Origin: Propionibacteriaceae bacterium
GTDB lineage: Bacteria; Actinomycetota; Actinomycetes; Propionibacteriales; Propionibacteriaceae
DNA length: 24,000 nucleotides
Reading direction: 5' to 3'
NCBI GenBank assembly: GCA_030539405.1
Contig: JAUNSA010000015.1
Location: 395-24,394 of the forward strand
How positions within the stretch are numbered: the stretch's first letter is position 1; each line of letters begins with the position of its first letter. A program made the translations under genes and the position numbers. The notes beneath the pieces are model-generated. The model saw only the letters and a list, made by a program, of their open reading frames with translations, ran no database searches and was not told the origin of the DNA. Below, piece after piece: positions 22,626 to 24,000 of the stretch.

Positions 22626-23368
22626 GCGGTCACGTCCTTCCTGTGGTTCTCGAGCAGAGCGGCCTCCTTGGCCTTGCGGTCACGGACGCCGAGGCCATGG
22701 GCCAGCTTGATGGCCATGCCCATCCCGAACACGGCGAACACCCACCACTGCAGGGCGTACCCGCTGTTCTGTGCGGATCCCTCACCGGTCGGCAGCGCCA
22801 CGGACGCGGCGTCCAGGCCGTGGGCTGCGGCGTCCGCCTCGCCCAAGGTCACGAAGCCGGGCACGAGCTGTTCGGGCCACTCCTGGGCCAGCGCGGGCAT
22901 CCGCACCGACGGAAGCTGGCCGGCCGGGACATCGACGTGGACGCCCTGGTCGTTGAGCACGTTGCCCTCCCCGGGCAGGAAGATCCCGGTCTCGGAGCGC
23001 ACACCGGTCGGGGGAGCGGCAATCGCCGCAGGGTCAGCGGTGAGGCCGCGCACGATGGGCAGGGTGCGGCCGTCGGCGATCTCGATCGCCCCCAGCACGC
23101 GGTAGGCCCCGTCCGTCGGGACCAGGATCTGGTGGTCGGGCAGGTAGGTCCCCTCGACGACGACCTGCTTGCCGTACAGCTCCCCGAGCTCGTCGTCCGA
23201 GGCGAGGTGATCGTCCAGCACCTCGGCGGGCTGGGCGGCGCGCTGCTCGACCGAACGGGCCCCCTCGTCGACGAAGACCTGCATCTGCCACAGGCCGAGG
23301 AACACCATCCCGAGCGCGATGGCAGCGGCGACCGTGATGATCAGGACCTGCTTGAGGCGCGTGCTCAT
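22622..23368 (-). CDS. SURF1-family protein
   Basis: Has an N-terminal TM segment with LGLWQ and a C-terminal YALQWWVFAVFG TM segment, the SURF1/Shy1 architecture. Start trimmed to ATG 23368 (MSTRLKQVL), 2 nt after the ddl stop. The track's longer N-terminus is Arg/Pro-rich and overlaps ddl. Confidence 0.8.
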   Translation of the reverse strand: MSTRLKQVLIITVAAAIALGMVFLGLWQMQVFVDEGARSVEQRAAQPAEVLDDHLASDDELGELYGKQVVVEGTYLPDHQILVPTDGAYRVLGAIEIADGRTLPIVRGLTADPAAIAAPPTGVRSETGIFLPGEGNVLNDQGVHVDVPAGQLPSVRMPALAQEWPEQLVPGFVTLGEADAAAHGLDAASVALPTGEGSAQNSGYALQWWVFAVFGMGMAIKLAHGLGVRDRKAKEAALLENHRKDVTA

Positions 23369-23370
23369 GA

Positions 23371-24000
23371 TCAGGCGACACCCTCGATCCGGGTGCGCGC
23401 CGCAGCGACGAGGGCGGCACACACGTCCGCGAACGAACCGTCGGACGCCTCGATGGCCAACGGCAGCAGGGACGTCTCGGTCATGCCGGGGGCCACGTTC
23501 ACCTCGAGGAAGACCGGGACGCCGTCGCGGACGATCAGGTCGGTGCGGGACAGGTCCCGCAACCCGAGGACGCGGTGGGCGGTCAGCGCCATCTCGGCGC
23601 ACGCCTCGGCCACCTCGGCGTCCAGGTCGGCGGGCGCGAGGAAGCGGGTGGCGCCGGCGGTGTAGCGCGCCGTGTAGTCGTACAGGCCCGACCGTGGCTG
23701 GATCTCCACCCCCGGCAGCGCCCGCGGCCCCTCCCCGGTGTCGATCACGGAGACGGCCACCTCGACGCCCTCGATGAACTCCTCCACGATGGCGATCTCG
23801 CCGTAGCTGAAGGCGGCGACCACGGCGGCCGGGAGCTCGGCGGCGGTGCTCACCTTGGTGCAGCCCAGCGCCGAACCGCTGCGGGCGGGCTTGACCATCA
23901 TCGGGAAGCCGATCCGCTCGGCGAGGGCCCCGATGAGGTTGGCCGCACCCAGCTCGCGGAACATGTCGTGGGGCAGCGCCGAGGCCCGCGGCGTCCGAAT
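23371..24000 (-). CDS. ddl: D-alanine--D-alanine ligase, C-terminal ATP-grasp part (5' part lies beyond the window end)
   Basis: GFPMMVKPARSGSALGCTKV..EIAIVEEFIEGVEVAVSV..FLEVNVAPGMTETSLLPLA are Ddl ATP-grasp motifs. The reading frame stays open to position 24000. Confidence 0.85.
   Translation of the reverse strand: MRTPRASALPHDMFRELGAANLIGALAERIGFPMMVKPARSGSALGCTKVSTAAELPAAVVAAFSYGEIAIVEEFIEGVEVAVSVIDTGEGPRALPGVEIQPRSGLYDYTARYTAGATRFLAPADLDAEVAEACAEMALTAHRVLGLRDLSRTDLIVRDGVPVFLEVNVAPGMTETSLLPLAIEASDGSFADVCAALVAAARTRIEGVA

Overview
High-GC (about 70% by eye) Actinomycetota chromosomal origin region. The core genes run, on the minus strand, ddl(partial)-SURF1-DUF3817, then on the plus strand rpmH-rnpA-yidD-yidC-jag-rsmG-parA-parB, and on the minus strand dnaA-dnaN-recF-dciA(DUF721) and, about 11 kb further on, gyrB (partial, absent from the ORF track). 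A DnaA-box cluster with an AT-rich element in the dnaA-dnaN spacer looks like oriC, and parA contains two parS sites. Two things go beyond ordinary annotation. (1) A roughly 10.7 kb accessory block sits between dciA and gyrB, which are normally adjacent. It holds an 8-gene, tightly coupled, hydrolase-rich operon: a degenerate PTE paralog, an intact PTE-family hydrolase, an FAD monooxygenase, an HSL-type esterase, an aromatic-acid MFS, an MBL hydrolase, a CocE/NonD hydrolase and an OFA MFS. A convergent TetR gene and a divergent membrane-protein gene complete the block. Its two outward promoters share a paralogous promoter/operator module, and its edges carry an imperfect direct repeat that overlaps two stop codons. 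(2) parAB is bracketed by two inverted arrays (4 and 5 copies) of a 10-bp core, CGA(G/A/C)GACCGG, spaced at a strict 22-bp phase with non-conserved spacers, plus a strongly AT-rich patch upstream of parA. I cannot assign these to any known element. Many long ORFs in the track are antisense shadows or over-extended N-termini typical of high-GC DNA, and I rejected them.
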